Shown: positions 26,556-39,107 of the stretch, one piece after another | How positions within the stretch are numbered: position 1 is the first letter of the stretch | Layout of the letters: every line of letters begins with the position of its first letter | Assembly: GCF_001677475.2 (NCBI RefSeq) | Contig: NZ_CP015229.1 | DNA length: 64,000 nt | Reading direction: 5' to 3' (one strand) | Source: Escherichia coli | GTDB taxonomy: Bacteria > Pseudomonadota > Gammaproteobacteria > Enterobacterales > Enterobacteriaceae | The notes under the pieces: model-generated | What the model was told of the DNA's origin: nothing | Databases searched by the model: none | Seen by the model: the letters and a program-made list of their open reading frames with translations, nothing else | Position numbers and translations under genes: made by a program

Positions 26556-26736
26556 TCTTGACGACAACAGTAACATTCAACGTTAAATATGTTAATAAGA
26601 CGTTGCATTATTGTCCTGAAGTTGAAGATAGCAGGTATAGCGGTTGAATCGCAGCGTTTCGATTGAATGGCAGAAACAAAATGTCGAGGATTTGATCGCG
26701 GTTGCAAAATTGCCCTGAAACAGGGCAACAGCGGAG

Positions 26737-27306
26737 TTATGCGCCCTGCCAGCGGGCAAAGAGATCTTCAGGAAGCGTTATGGCGAATTGATCGAGTACA
26801 CGGTTAACCGTCTGATTTATCACATCATCAAGGGACTGCGGGCGATGATAAAACGCCGGAACGGGAGGCATAATCACCGCACCGATTTCTGCCGCCTGAG
26901 TCATTAAACGCAGATGGCCTAAGTGCAATGGTGTTTCACGCACGCAGAGCACCAACGGGCGACGCTCTTTCAGCACCACATCTGCCGCACGGGTCAGTAA
27001 ACCATCGGTATAGCTATGGACAATGCCGGAAAGGGTTTTGATTGAACAGGGTAAAATCACCATCCCCAGCGTCTGGAAAGAACCGGAAGAGATGCTGGCG
27101 GCAATATCGCGCGCATCGTGCGTCACATCGGCTAAAGCCTGCACTTCGCGCAGGGAAAAATCCGTTTCGAGGGATAAGGTCTGGCGCGCCGCCTGGCTCA
27201 TCACCAGATGCGTTTCGATATCTGTGACATCGCGCAGAACCTGTAATAAGCGCACGCCATAAATCGCGCCGCTGGCACCGCTGATGCCTACAATGAGTCG
27301 TTTCAT
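26737..27306 (-). CDS. ubiX: Flavin prenyltransferase UbiX
   Basis: 189-aa ORF, N-terminus MKRLIVGISGASGAIYGVRLLQVL. Confidence 0.95.
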   Translation of the reverse strand: MKRLIVGISGASGAIYGVRLLQVLRDVTDIETHLVMSQAARQTLSLETDFSLREVQALADVTHDARDIAASISSGSFQTLGMVILPCSIKTLSGIVHSYTDGLLTRAADVVLKERRPLVLCVRETPLHLGHLRLMTQAAEIGAVIMPPVPAFYHRPQSLDDVINQTVNRVLDQFAITLPEDLFARWQGA

Positions 27307-27400
27307 AAATAGTTGCCCTGTCAGACTTGCAGGCAGACTTTGCAGGATTTCGGCAGGAGTTGCAAGTCAGGGTGCCAGACCGGCACCCTGAGCGAAGGCA

Positions 27401-28918
27401 TCATCCTTCGTTATGCATTTCGAGATTTTCCACTTCGTTCTGACGTTGCACTGCTTTGGCGTCGTCATTACGTAAAGTATCGAGGAAATCGAGGTAGCCC
27501 TGATCAACATCTTTGGTGACGTAGACGCCGTTGAACACCGAGCATTCAAACTGCTGGATATCCGGGTTTTCAGCGCGAACGGCGTCGATCAGATCGTTCA
27601 GATCCTGGAAAATCAACCCGTCAGCACCGATGATCTGGCGAATTTCATCTACTTCGCGACCGTGAGCGATCAGTTCCGTAGCGCTCGGCATATCGATACC
27701 GTAAACGTTCGGGAAGCGAATTTCCGGTGCCGCAGAAGCGAGGTACACTTTCTTCGCTCCGGCTTCGCGTGCCATCTCGATAATCTGCTCAGAAGTGGTG
27801 CCACGGACGATGGAGTCGTCGACCAGCAGGACGTTTTTATCGCGGAACTCGGCGCGGTTGGCGTTCAGTTTACGGCGCACGGACTTACGACGCAGCTGCT
27901 GGCCCGGCATGATGAAGGTGCGGCCAACATAGCGGTTTTTAACGAAGCCCTGGCGGTACGGTTTGCCCAGAATACGAGCAATTTCCAGCGCGATATCACA
28001 CGAGGTTTCCGGGATCGGGATCACCACGTCGATATCCAGATCTTCCCATTCACGGGCAATTTTCTCGCCCAGTTTCGTGCCCATATTCACACGCGCGCTG
28101 TAAACGGAAATTTTGTCGATAAACGAGTCCGGACGGGCAAAGTATACATACTCAAACAGGCACGGATTGCTGACCGGATTGTCAGCACATTGACGGGTAA
28201 ACAACTGCCCTTCTTCAGTGATGTAAATCGCTTCGCCAGGCGCGACGTCACGCAGGAAATCAAAGCCTAGTGTATCGAGCGCAACGCTTTCGGAAGCGAC
28301 CATATATTCTGTGCGGTTCTCGTCAATATCACGTTTTCCCAGTACGAGCGGACGAATCCCGTTAGGATCGCGGAAAGCAACCATACCGTGGCCGATAATC
28401 ATCGCCACACAGGCATACGCGCCGCGGATTAAGCGGTTTGTAGCAGCGATGGCGGCGAAAATGTTGTCGGCTTCCAGCGGGTAGTGGCGGAAGTTGTCCA
28501 GTTCGCTGGCAAAGATATTAAGCAGAATTTCCGAGTCGGAAGTGGTGTTGATGTGGCGGCGTTTTTCTTCAAACAGTTTTTTACGCAACTCGTGAGCGTT
28601 GGTCAGATTGCCGTTGTGGGCAAGCGTAATGCCATACGGGGAGTTAACGTAAAACGGCTGCGCTTCAGAGGCGCTGGAGCTGCCAGCCGTAGGGTAACGC
28701 ACATGACCAATGCCCATATTGCCCTGCAAACGCTGCATATGGCGAGCTTCAAATACATCGCTCACCAGCCCGTTCGCTTTACGCAAACGGAAGCAGTTAT
28801 TGGCATCTATGGTGATGATGCCGGCGGCATCCTGACCGCGATGCTGAAGCACCGTTAAGGCATCATAAATCGACTGGTTAACCGGCATAACACCGGCGAT
28901 ACCGACAATACCGCACAT
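27401..28918 (-). CDS. purF: Amidophosphoribosyltransferase
   Basis: 505-aa ORF beginning MCGIVGI (N-terminal nucleophile Cys). Confidence 0.97.
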
Positions 28919-28954
28919 ACGTCTTTTTCCTCGTTAAGCCACATCTCAGAGCAC

Positions 28955-29443
28955 TTACGCTCTGGGCAAGAAACTTGACGAGCTTTGCAGATAATCAAAA
29001 AACCATCTGATGATAAAACTGAACTGCGGGATTAGCTGTGATTTGCTCCAGTCTTCGCTTTTCGACACCCCGGTAAAGGAGTCGAGAAAGAAGAGAATGG
29101 CGGCAACAATCAACACACCGCGCAACGCACCGAAACAGACGCCCAGCACCCGATCGGTGCCTGACAACCCCGTTTTCTCCACCAACTGGCCTATCACGAA
29201 GTTCACGATAGCACCAACAATCAGGGTAGCGATAAACAGTACCGCGATGGCAATCCCATTTCGAACCAGTTCGTCTTCAAAGCCCGTAAACCAGACTGAC
29301 AGGTAAGTGTAGTAATGACTGGCAACAAAGAAAGCACAACCCCATGTCACCAGCGATAACGCTTCACGAACAAAGCCGCGGATCAGGCTAACCAGAGAGG
29401 AAAAAGCAATCACCGCGATTATGGCGTAATCAATCCAGACCAT
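28955..29443 (-). CDS. cvpA: Colicin V production membrane protein
   Basis: 162-aa hydrophobic ORF, first gene of cvpA-purF-ubiX. Confidence 0.93.
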   Translation of the reverse strand: MVWIDYAIIAVIAFSSLVSLIRGFVREALSLVTWGCAFFVASHYYTYLSVWFTGFEDELVRNGIAIAVLFIATLIVGAIVNFVIGQLVEKTGLSGTDRVLGVCFGALRGVLIVAAILFFLDSFTGVSKSEDWSKSQLIPQFSFIIRWFFDYLQSSSSFLPRA

Positions 29444-29500
29444 ATGTGTCCCACGATTTTACGCCCTGTCATCCTGTTCGGGGCGCATTCTAACAGAAAA

Positions 29501-29516
29501 AGAAAACGTTTGCGTA
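29501..29516 (-). promoter_or_regulatory. PurR operator (PUR box) upstream of cvpA-purF
   Basis: Plus strand agaaaacgtttgcgta; reverse complement tACGCAAACGTTTTCT matches the 16-bp PurR consensus; about 60 bp upstream of cvpA start. Confidence 0.75.
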
Positions 29517-29604
29517 GGGATTTCCTTCCCGCGCATCAATAAAAATGGCGCTGAAAAAATATTCAACGCCATCGACTTTTTATGCCTTTGCGGCATCGTG
29601 CAAT

Positions 29605-29695
29605 GCGTGTCGGATGCGGCGTAAACGCCTTATCCGACCTACGGTTCTACCCCTGCGTAGGCCTGATAAGACGCGCCAGCATCGCATCAGGCAAG
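29605..29695. repeat. BIME: two inverted REP elements
   Basis: tgtcggatgcggcgtaaacgccttatccgacctac and gtaggcctgataagacgcgccagcatcgcatcaggc read directly between dedD stop and the cvpA promoter. Confidence 0.85.
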
Positions 29696-29701
29696 ACCGT
29701 A

Positions 29702-30364
29702 TTAATTCGGCGTATAGCCCATTACCACGCCACTTAAGCCAGAAAGTTGCTTCAACTCACCCAGCGAACCTTTCAGCTTATCTTTCGAGGCATCCGGCCC
29801 AACCAGAATACGGGTAATTTTACCCTGCACTGGCGTGGATGGCGACGTATAAACCCGATAACCGGCACCGCGCAGCTTACCGACAATCTCATTCACTTTA
29901 TCGGCATTTTTCAGCGCACCCAGTTGCACAACATAGGCTTTACCCGTCGGTGCAGCTTTTTCTTCCACGACCGGCTTCGGTTCTGGCTTCGGCGCAGGTG
30001 GTGCTTCAACCTTTGGTTTAGGCGGCTCCACCGGTTTCGGCTTCGGTGGGGCGACCGGTGCAGGTTCCGGTTCAAACTCGGTGTTATTGGCTGCAATAGT
30101 GGCCGGATCGAGCGACGGTGCTGCGGCATCACCTGCCCGCACCTCTTCCGCTGCGCCTTCCGGCGGCTGCGTCGGCAACGCCTGGGTGGCGGCTGGCATC
30201 ATATCAGGCTCATCGCGATCGCCCGCTTTTGGAACCAGCGGGATAGCCGCAAACTCATCCTGATAATGTTTTTTCTGCCCGTCCAGAAGCCCTGGAAGTA
30301 CAATCACCCCCAGCGCCACCAGCACGATCGTGCCCACTAACCGATTCTGAAACTTACTTGCCAC
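29702..30364 (-). CDS. dedD: Cell-division protein DedD (SPOR domain)
   Basis: ORF track 29702-30382 begins at a TTG; the in-frame GTG at 30362-30364 gives MASKFQNRLVGTIVLVALG (220 aa); proline-rich linker and C-terminal SPOR-like region; overlaps folC 3' end by 11 nt. Confidence 0.85.
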   Translation of the reverse strand: MASKFQNRLVGTIVLVALGVIVLPGLLDGQKKHYQDEFAAIPLVPKAGDRDEPDMMPAATQALPTQPPEGAAEEVRAGDAAAPSLDPATIAANNTEFEPEPAPVAPPKPKPVEPPKPKVEAPPAPKPEPKPVVEEKAAPTGKAYVVQLGALKNADKVNEIVGKLRGAGYRVYTSPSTPVQGKITRILVGPDASKDKLKGSLGELKQLSGLSGVVMGYTPN

Positions 30365-31655
30365 CGCTTCTCCTCGCGTCAATCACTTCCATGACATGTG
30401 CGACCGTGTGGAAAGAACCACACACCAGCACGGTGTCTTCCGCTTTAGCGTCCGCCATTGCGGCATCCCATGCCTGCGCAACGCTATCAAATGATTTGCC
30501 GTTACCCAAATGCTCAAGCAGTTGTTCTGCCGTGGCACCGCGCGGCCCTTCCAGTGGCGCACAATACCAGTCATCAACCACGCTTTTCAACCAGGCCAGA
30601 GTTCCGGCAATATCTTTATCATGTAGCATACCGATAACCGCCAGCACGCGCCCGTTTTTCGGTAGCGCTTTCATACGCCCGGTGAGATATTCCGCCGCAT
30701 GTGGATTATGCGCGACATCAAAAATAACGCGAGGCGACTCGCTCACAATCTGGAAACGTCCCGGCAAAATTGCGCTGGCAATCCCGTCGCGAATGGCAGT
30801 TTCACTGACCTCCAGCCCGCTGGCACGCAGTGCCGCCAGCGCCGTTGCGGCATTCGGTTGTGGGACAAGCGGCAACGGCAGGTTTTCCAGCGTGCCGTGA
30901 GCATCGCTAAACGCCCAGTCATGATCGGTGACGGAATAGTTCCACTCAACGCCCCGACGTTGTAACAGTGCACCTTTTTCCTGCGCCACATCAGCAATGG
31001 TAGAAGGCATTTCCGGCTCACCGACAATTGCCGGTTTTTCGCTGCGAAAGATGCCTGCTTTCTCGCGACCAATGCTTTCGCGATCTGGCCCCAGCCAGTC
31101 AGTATGATCCAGCGCAATGCTGGTCACCACAGCCACATCAGCATCGACAATATTGGTGGCATCCAGACGACCACCCAGCCCCACTTCCAGAATTACCACA
31201 TCAAGTTGCGCCTGTTTAAACAGCCACAGAGCCGACAACGTGCCGTATTCAAAATAGGTCAGGGAAATATCACCGCGTGCCGATTCAATCTCAGCAAAAG
31301 AGGCGGTGTGAGCCGATTCAATCTCAGCAAAAGAGGCGGTGTGAGCCGATTCCGGCAATTCCTGGCCCTGCACACGAACGCGCTCGGTATAACGCACCAG
31401 ATGAGGCGAACTGTAGACGCCCACTTTGTACCCTGCCACCATCAGAATCGACTCCAGCGTACGGCAGGTGGTGCCTTTGCCATTCGTACCCGCAACGGTA
31501 AACACAAATGGCGCTGGTTTCAGAACGCCAAGACGCGCCGCGACCTGGCTCACGCGCTCAAGGCCGAGATCGATAGTTTTACTGTGCAGGTTTTCCAGAT
31601 AAGAAAGCCACGAAGCCAAAGGCGACGCGGCTTGAGGTGTGCGTTTGATAATCAT
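30354..31655 (-). CDS. folC: Dihydrofolate synthase / folylpolyglutamate synthase, carrying an 11-codon in-frame tandem duplication
   Basis: 433-aa ORF with Mur-ligase P-loop (TVAGTNGKGTT); contains ..SAHTASFAEIESAHTASFAEIES.. from the 33-bp duplication. Confidence 0.92.
   Translation of the reverse strand: MIIKRTPQAASPLASWLSYLENLHSKTIDLGLERVSQVAARLGVLKPAPFVFTVAGTNGKGTTCRTLESILMVAGYKVGVYSSPHLVRYTERVRVQGQELPESAHTASFAEIESAHTASFAEIESARGDISLTYFEYGTLSALWLFKQAQLDVVILEVGLGGRLDATNIVDADVAVVTSIALDHTDWLGPDRESIGREKAGIFRSEKPAIVGEPEMPSTIADVAQEKGALLQRRGVEWNYSVTDHDWAFSDAHGTLENLPLPLVPQPNAATALAALRASGLEVSETAIRDGIASAILPGRFQIVSESPRVIFDVAHNPHAAEYLTGRMKALPKNGRVLAVIGMLHDKDIAGTLAWLKSVVDDWYCAPLEGPRGATAEQLLEHLGNGKSFDSVAQAWDAAMADAKAEDTVLVCGSFHTVAHVMEVIDARRSGGK
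31279..31344. repeat. Perfect 2 x 33-bp tandem duplication inside folC
   Basis: gccgattcaatctcagcaaaagaggcggtgtga at 31279-31311 and again at 31312-31344, followed by an 8-bp partial copy gccgattc at 31345-31352. Confidence 0.95.
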
Positions 31656-31682
31656 GGTATCCGCTGATTCATTACGGGGATA

Positions 31683-31711
31683 ATAGCAAAAGGGCAGAGC
31701 CAGTGGCCCTG
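31683..31711 (-). terminator. Hairpin in accD-folC spacer (possible attenuator)
   Basis: agggcag-agccagtggcc-ctgccct inverted repeat followed on the minus strand by ttttgct. Confidence 0.4.
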
Positions 31712-31724
31712 CCCTTATCAGTTA

Positions 31725-32639
31725 TCAGGCCTCAGGTTCCTGATCCGGTACCGGGGGTACCACTACGCCTTCACGCGGCGCTTCAGGATTCGGCGCTGGC
31801 AGATTCATCAACTTCGCCAGAATGCTCGCCAGTTTCAGGCGCATTTCCGGACGACGGACGATCATGTCGATCGCGCCTTTCTCGATCAGGAATTCACTGC
31901 GCTGGAATCCTGGCGGCAGTTTTTCGCGAACGGTCTGTTCGATAACACGCGGACCGGCAAAGCCGATTAACGCTTTCGGTTCAGCGATGTTGAGATCGCC
32001 CAGCATGGCGAAACTTGCAGAAACACCGCCCATCGTCGGGTCGGTCAGCACGGAGATGTACGGCAAGCCGCGCTCCTGCATTTTTGCCAGTGCCGCAGAG
32101 GTTTTCGCCATCTGCATCAGCGACATCAGTGCTTCCTGCATACGTGCGCCACCAGAGGCGGAGAAGCAGATCAGCGGGCAGTTATCTTCCAGCGCCTGCT
32201 CAACGGCACGCACGAAACGTGCACCCACAACAGACCCCATTGAACCGCCCATAAAGGCGAACTCGAATGCCGCAGCGACAACCGGCATTCCATACAGAGT
32301 GCCTTTCATCACCACCAGCGCATCTTTTTCGCCGGTTTCTTTCTGCGCAGATGCCAGACGGTCTTTATACTTCTTGGAGTCACGAAACTTCAGCACATCT
32401 TTCGGCTCAAGCTCGCTACCCAGCTCCACAAGGCTTCCTTCATCTAACAGGCTATGCAGGCGATTACGCGCTGTCATACGCATGTGATGGTCACACTTCG
32501 GACAGACCTCAAGATTACGTTCCAGCTCAGCGCGGTATAAAACCTGACCGCAGCTATCACACTTAGTCCACACCCCTTCAGGAATGCTCGCCTTGCGGGT
32601 GGGAGTAATGTTGCTTTTAATTCGTTCAATCCAGCTCAT
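31725..32639 (-). CDS. accD: Acetyl-CoA carboxylase carboxyltransferase beta subunit
   Basis: ORF track extends to 32723; the ATG at 32637-32639 gives [10 protein letters not shown] and the Zn-finger CDSCGQ...CPKCDHH; 304 aa. Confidence 0.95.
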
Positions 32640-32794
32640 TAGGGACCTTTCTGTCTGAACCTGGTTCGATGCCAGTTTTATCTTTGGGGACGCATAATGC
32701 CATTTTTGCCCCCAACAGACCATGAATGTTGCACATTAAAACATAACAGCCCGAAACTTTGGATAAAAAAGTGGTCGAACCGCGGAGTTACTTT

Positions 32795-33454
32795 TTATTT
32801 TGCGGCGCGTGCCGCAGCGCGTTTGTGACGGATTATTTCGATGACGCCCGGCAAAATAGAAACCACAATAATCCCGACGATCAGCAGCTTAAGGTTATCC
32901 TGAACCATCGGGATTGTACCGAAGAAATAGCCTGCGTAGGTAAAAAGCAGTACCCACAACAGTGCGCCGATCACGTTATAAGCAGCGAAATGACGGTACG
33001 ACATGTGGCCCATTCCCGCAACAAACGGGGCGAACGTTCTGACGATCGGCACAAAACGGGCGAGAATAATCGTTTTGCCGCCATGTTTCTCATAAAACTG
33101 ATGGGTTTTGTCGAGATAACTGCGACGGAAAATTTTCGAATTGGGATTACTGAATAACTTTTCACCGAACAACCGCCCGATAGTGTAATTGACCGCGTCA
33201 CCCACAATCGCGGCGATCAGCATCAGCACCACCATCATATGGACGTTGAGATCGTTGGTTTCCAGTGATGCCAACGCTCCGGCAACAAACAGCAATGAAT
33301 CACCCGGTAAAAACGGCGTTACCACCAGACCGGTTTCACAGAACAAAATTAAGAACAAAATGGCATAAACCCAGACGCCGTACTCCGCGACCAGCTCTGC
33401 CAGATGCACGTCAATGTGCAGGATAAAATCGATGAGGAAATAAATCAGGTCCAT
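32795..33454 (-). CDS. dedA: DedA-family inner-membrane protein
   Basis: 219-aa polytopic ORF with DedA/SNARE-associated motifs. Confidence 0.92.
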   Translation of the reverse strand: MDLIYFLIDFILHIDVHLAELVAEYGVWVYAILFLILFCETGLVVTPFLPGDSLLFVAGALASLETNDLNVHMMVVLMLIAAIVGDAVNYTIGRLFGEKLFSNPNSKIFRRSYLDKTHQFYEKHGGKTIILARFVPIVRTFAPFVAGMGHMSYRHFAAYNVIGALLWVLLFTYAGYFFGTIPMVQDNLKLLIVGIIVVSILPGVIEIIRHKRAAARAAK

Positions 33455-33536
33455 ATTTGCCTATGCCTTGTACTCGTCATCTTTCAGGCTGTAACTACGT
33501 TGGCTACAGCCTGAAATGTTCCGAGCATTATTCTTG

Positions 33537-34349
33537 TTAGTCCGCCAGAAATAGCGGGCCCATTGGCGGTTTTGGAAGATCATACCGGTCAGGGTAATCC
33601 ACCGCGACCAGATACAGCCCTTCCGCTTTTGCCGTTGCTGCCGCCAGCGTTCTGTCCTTTGCCGCCAGCAACTCTGCTATCCAGCTCTCCGGCTGGTTGT
33701 GGGCACCGACTTCCATCAGGCTGCCGACAATATTCCTGACCATATGATGTACAAAGGCATTCGCTTTGATATCTACCACCACATAAGGACCGTGACGCGA
33801 GACATTAATATGCATAACGTTGCGCCACGGGGTTCGGGACTGACACTGCACCGCACGGAACGAGGTGAAATCATTCTCGCCCAGCAAGCATTGCGCAGCC
33901 CGATGCATCCGTTCAGCGTCCAGCGGTTCGTAAAAATGGGTTACCCCTTTACTCAGTACCGCCGGGCGCAGCCGATGATTGTAGATGATGTAGCGATAAC
34001 GGCGAGCCGTGGCGCTAAATCGGGCATGAAAATCATCAGGTACAGCTTTAACCCAACGCACGGCGATGTCACCAGGTAAATTCGCATTTACGCCCAACGT
34101 CCACGCAGCGTCTTTGCGCTGCGCGGTCGTTTCGAAATGCACAACCTGCCCGGTGCCGTGTACACCTGCGTCAGTACGCCCGGCGCAGAAGACGGTGATC
34201 GGTTCGTTCGCCACCTGGGAGAGCGCCTTTTCCAGCTTCTCCTGCACACTGCGGACTTCGTTCTGCCGTTGCCAGCCGTAATACTTACTGCCGTCGTACT
34301 CAATGCCCAGCGCAATTTTATAAACTGGCGGTTGTTGCTGGTCGGACAT
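33537..34349 (-). CDS. truA: tRNA pseudouridine(38-40) synthase
   Basis: 270-aa ORF with catalytic RTDAGVHG motif. Confidence 0.95.
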   Translation of the reverse strand: MSDQQQPPVYKIALGIEYDGSKYYGWQRQNEVRSVQEKLEKALSQVANEPITVFCAGRTDAGVHGTGQVVHFETTAQRKDAAWTLGVNANLPGDIAVRWVKAVPDDFHARFSATARRYRYIIYNHRLRPAVLSKGVTHFYEPLDAERMHRAAQCLLGENDFTSFRAVQCQSRTPWRNVMHINVSRHGPYVVVDIKANAFVHHMVRNIVGSLMEVGAHNQPESWIAELLAAKDRTLAAATAKAEGLYLVAVDYPDRYDLPKPPMGPLFLAD

Positions 34350-35362
34350 TAGTACAGATACTCCTGCACCAGTTTCTCGGCGATTTTTACTGCCATCAGC
34401 GCGCCGCCAAAGCGAACGTTATCAGCCACCGACCAGAACTGGACTTGCTCCGGCATACCGTAGTCATTACGCACACAGCCCACAGAAAGATGCGGCGTAC
34501 CCGAAGCATCCCCTACCTGAGTCGGGAATTCGTTCTCTTCAGAGAGCACAATATCTTCGCCCTGAGAAAACGCATCACGCGCTTCTTCTGCCGCCAGCGG
34601 ACGCAGTGCTTCAAAGTTGACCATCTGGGCATGACCGTAGAATACCGGTGCCTGGACGACGCTTGCCGAAATCATCAGCCCTTCGTCCTGCAGGATTTTG
34701 CGTACTTCGTCAACGATACGACGTTCTTCACGCACGCTACCTTCGCTATCCGGCAGTAACGGCAGCATGTTGAACGCCAGCTGACGCCCGAAGAAATCTT
34801 CTTCGTCAATCGGAATGCCGTTGAGCAATTTAGCACTCTGCCCCGCTAACGCATCGACCGCTTTTTTGCCCTGGGCGGAGGCTGAAATCAGGCTGGTAAC
34901 GCTGATACGTGATAAACCGCCCTGATCGATTAACGGTTTCAGTGCCGCCAGCAACTGGCTGGTCAGACTGTCCGGTACGGCGATGACATTCCGGTTGCGG
35001 TAATCGGTCAGTACAAACGGGTTTACTTCCGGCACCACCAGCGGTACGTCGGGTTCGAGAGCAAACAGTCCGCTGCTGTCGATCACCAGGCAACCTGAGT
35101 TGGTCGCTTCTTCAACCCAGGCAGCGGTAGCTTCTTTGCCTGCGACAAAAAATGCCAGCTGCGCCTGCGTCCAGTCAAATTCAGCGGCATCCTGCACGGT
35201 GATTGTCTTACCACCAAAGCGCAATTGTTCGCCTGCGCTTTCGTTACGTGCCAGTGCATAAATTTCCCCAACCGGGAACTGACGTTCAGCCAGCGTTTCA
35301 AGCAGGGCTTCGCCCACAGCGCCAGTTGCGCCCAGGACGGCAATGTTCCAGCCTTCAGACAT
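34349..35362 (-). CDS. usg: USG-1 protein (aspartate-semialdehyde dehydrogenase paralogue)
   Basis: 337-aa ORF with N-terminal NAD-binding motif VLGATGAVG; stop overlaps truA start. Confidence 0.92.
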   Translation of the reverse strand: MSEGWNIAVLGATGAVGEALLETLAERQFPVGEIYALARNESAGEQLRFGGKTITVQDAAEFDWTQAQLAFFVAGKEATAAWVEEATNSGCLVIDSSGLFALEPDVPLVVPEVNPFVLTDYRNRNVIAVPDSLTSQLLAALKPLIDQGGLSRISVTSLISASAQGKKAVDALAGQSAKLLNGIPIDEEDFFGRQLAFNMLPLLPDSEGSVREERRIVDEVRKILQDEGLMISASVVQAPVFYGHAQMVNFEALRPLAAEEARDAFSQGEDIVLSEENEFPTQVGDASGTPHLSVGCVRNDYGMPEQVQFWSVADNVRFGGALMAVKIAEKLVQEYLY

Positions 35363-35427
35363 GGTGGTTTACTCCAGAAATAGCAAAGCTCCCTGCCAAT
35401 GTTACAGCAGAGAGCATGAAGAAGAGA

Positions 35428-36564
35428 TTAACGTGCCGGATGATGAACGGCGTTAAAACCCAGTTTACACAGCAATGATGCCGCACTGGCGTCATCACAA
35501 ATTACATACAGAGATGACCATTCACGGCGCTCAAGATAGTTTTTGCGCAGTTTATCGAACTCACCCGGTATCCCGGCGACTTTACGCAGCGGTGCGTCAT
35601 CGCGTCGCACATCATACACCAAATGCACCAGCCTTTTCAGCGTCGGTTGATCGAGCGGACCATGCAGCGTAATGCGGCCAAACTCTGGCGCGGGCAGCAA
35701 CGTATCCAGCGCAACGTGTTGTTCATGCCCAATAAACTTGCTATAGGCTTCAAACACTTGCGTCGTGCCACGCGCTTTACCTTCCAGGGTATAACCTGCG
35801 ATATGCGGCGTGCCGATATCCACTTTTTTCAGCAGCTCGACGTTGAGTTCTGGCTCGCCTTCCCAGACATCCAGCACTACGCTTAACTGCTGGCCTTCAT
35901 TCAGGCAGGTCAGCAGCGCAGTATTATCGACGACTGCGCCACGGCAGGCGTTAATCAGAATCGCTCCCGGCTTCAGGCTACGGATCAGTTTTTCATCCGC
36001 CAGATGCAGCGTTTTGTACGGCCCGTCTTTGAAGAGTGGCGTATGGAAAGTCAGAATATCCGCATGCTGAACTAATTCATCCAGCGAGCGGAAATCACCC
36101 TCATCCCCACGGTCAGCGCGAGGCGGATCGCAAAGCAAGGTTTTAATCCCTAACGCTTCCAGTCGCGCCTGCAATCGACGTCCAACGTTACCAACGCCCA
36201 CGATCCCCACCGTACGGTTGTGCAGTGAAAATCCATCGCGTTCGGCAAGCATCAGTAGTGAGGAGAGAACATATTCCACCACCGCAATCGCATTACAGCC
36301 TGGTGCCGCAGAAAAACCAATTCCCGCCTGCTTTAACCATGCTTCATCGACATGGTCGGTCCCCGCTGTGGCAGTACCAACAAATTTAATGGGTTTTCCT
36401 GCCAGCAAAGATTCATTCACTTTCGTGACCGAACGCACCATCAGTGCATCCGCGTCTGCCAGTTGAGCGACGGGGATTGGACGCCCGGGAACCGCGGTCA
36501 CCTCACCCAAACGGCTAAATAAGTCGCGGGCATAAGGCATATTTTCATCAACAAGGATTTTCAC
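35428..36564 (-). CDS. pdxB: Erythronate-4-phosphate dehydrogenase
   Basis: 378-aa D-2-hydroxyacid dehydrogenase-family ORF (GIVGVGNVG). Confidence 0.95.
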   Translation of the reverse strand: MKILVDENMPYARDLFSRLGEVTAVPGRPIPVAQLADADALMVRSVTKVNESLLAGKPIKFVGTATAGTDHVDEAWLKQAGIGFSAAPGCNAIAVVEYVLSSLLMLAERDGFSLHNRTVGIVGVGNVGRRLQARLEALGIKTLLCDPPRADRGDEGDFRSLDELVQHADILTFHTPLFKDGPYKTLHLADEKLIRSLKPGAILINACRGAVVDNTALLTCLNEGQQLSVVLDVWEGEPELNVELLKKVDIGTPHIAGYTLEGKARGTTQVFEAYSKFIGHEQHVALDTLLPAPEFGRITLHGPLDQPTLKRLVHLVYDVRRDDAPLRKVAGIPGEFDKLRKNYLERREWSSLYVICDDASAASLLCKLGFNAVHHPAR

Positions 36565-36662
36565 GTTTGTGTTACCTGTATGAGACGAGAGTTAACCGGA
36601 CAAGTGTGCCATAATCTCGCGGCCAGGCATACTTGCGAAGATTTCAGGTATAAGGATACGTA

Positions 36663-38836
<2,174 letters not shown>

Positions 38837-38995
38837 TTACTCCAGAATGCAGCGCAAGGCGAGGAATTTCCCCGTCTCATCTCTCTGGTTTCAGGGTTAC
38901 GGTGCGTTGGCAGGATTTAACGCGTACGTCTTTTCAGAAGGAAATCGACAAAGCGGGAAGTTTGCCTGGAACAGGCGGCGATTGTCAATGATGTG

Positions 38996-39018
38996 AAAAA
39001 GGGAACCATCGGGTTCCC
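38996..39018 (-). terminator. Rho-independent terminator downstream of fabB
   Basis: gggaacc-atcg-ggttccc hairpin with adjacent aaaaa (U-run on minus strand). Confidence 0.6.
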
Positions 39019-39030
39019 TTTGGCGTTAGT

Positions 39031-39101
39031 GCCGGAGGCCGCATTGGCGCGTAATGTCGGATGCGACGCTGGCGCGTCTTATCCGACCTACTCCGGCCTA
39101 C
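39031..39101. repeat. REP element(s) downstream of fabB
   Basis: gccggaggccgcattggcgc...gtcggatgcgacgctggcgcgtcttatccgacctac; produces a spurious ORF beginning MSDATLARLIRP. Confidence 0.8.
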
Positions 39102-39107
39102 TGCGAA

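Noticed and set aside
26537-26728. 63-codon ORF between ubiX and argT
   Set aside because: It lies on the argT promoter and leader region, overlapping the candidate sigma54 element; no RBS and no conserved-looking sequence.
31725-32723. N-terminal extensions in the ORF track for accD (to 32723), fadI (to 59532), mnmC (from 40427), yfbU (to 11344), yfcZ (to 59870), yfcC (from 15728), aroC (to 46199) and dedD (to 30382)
   Set aside because: In each case an internal start codon with a better ribosome-binding site reproduces the known N-terminus; the longer versions run into upstream terminators or neighbouring genes.
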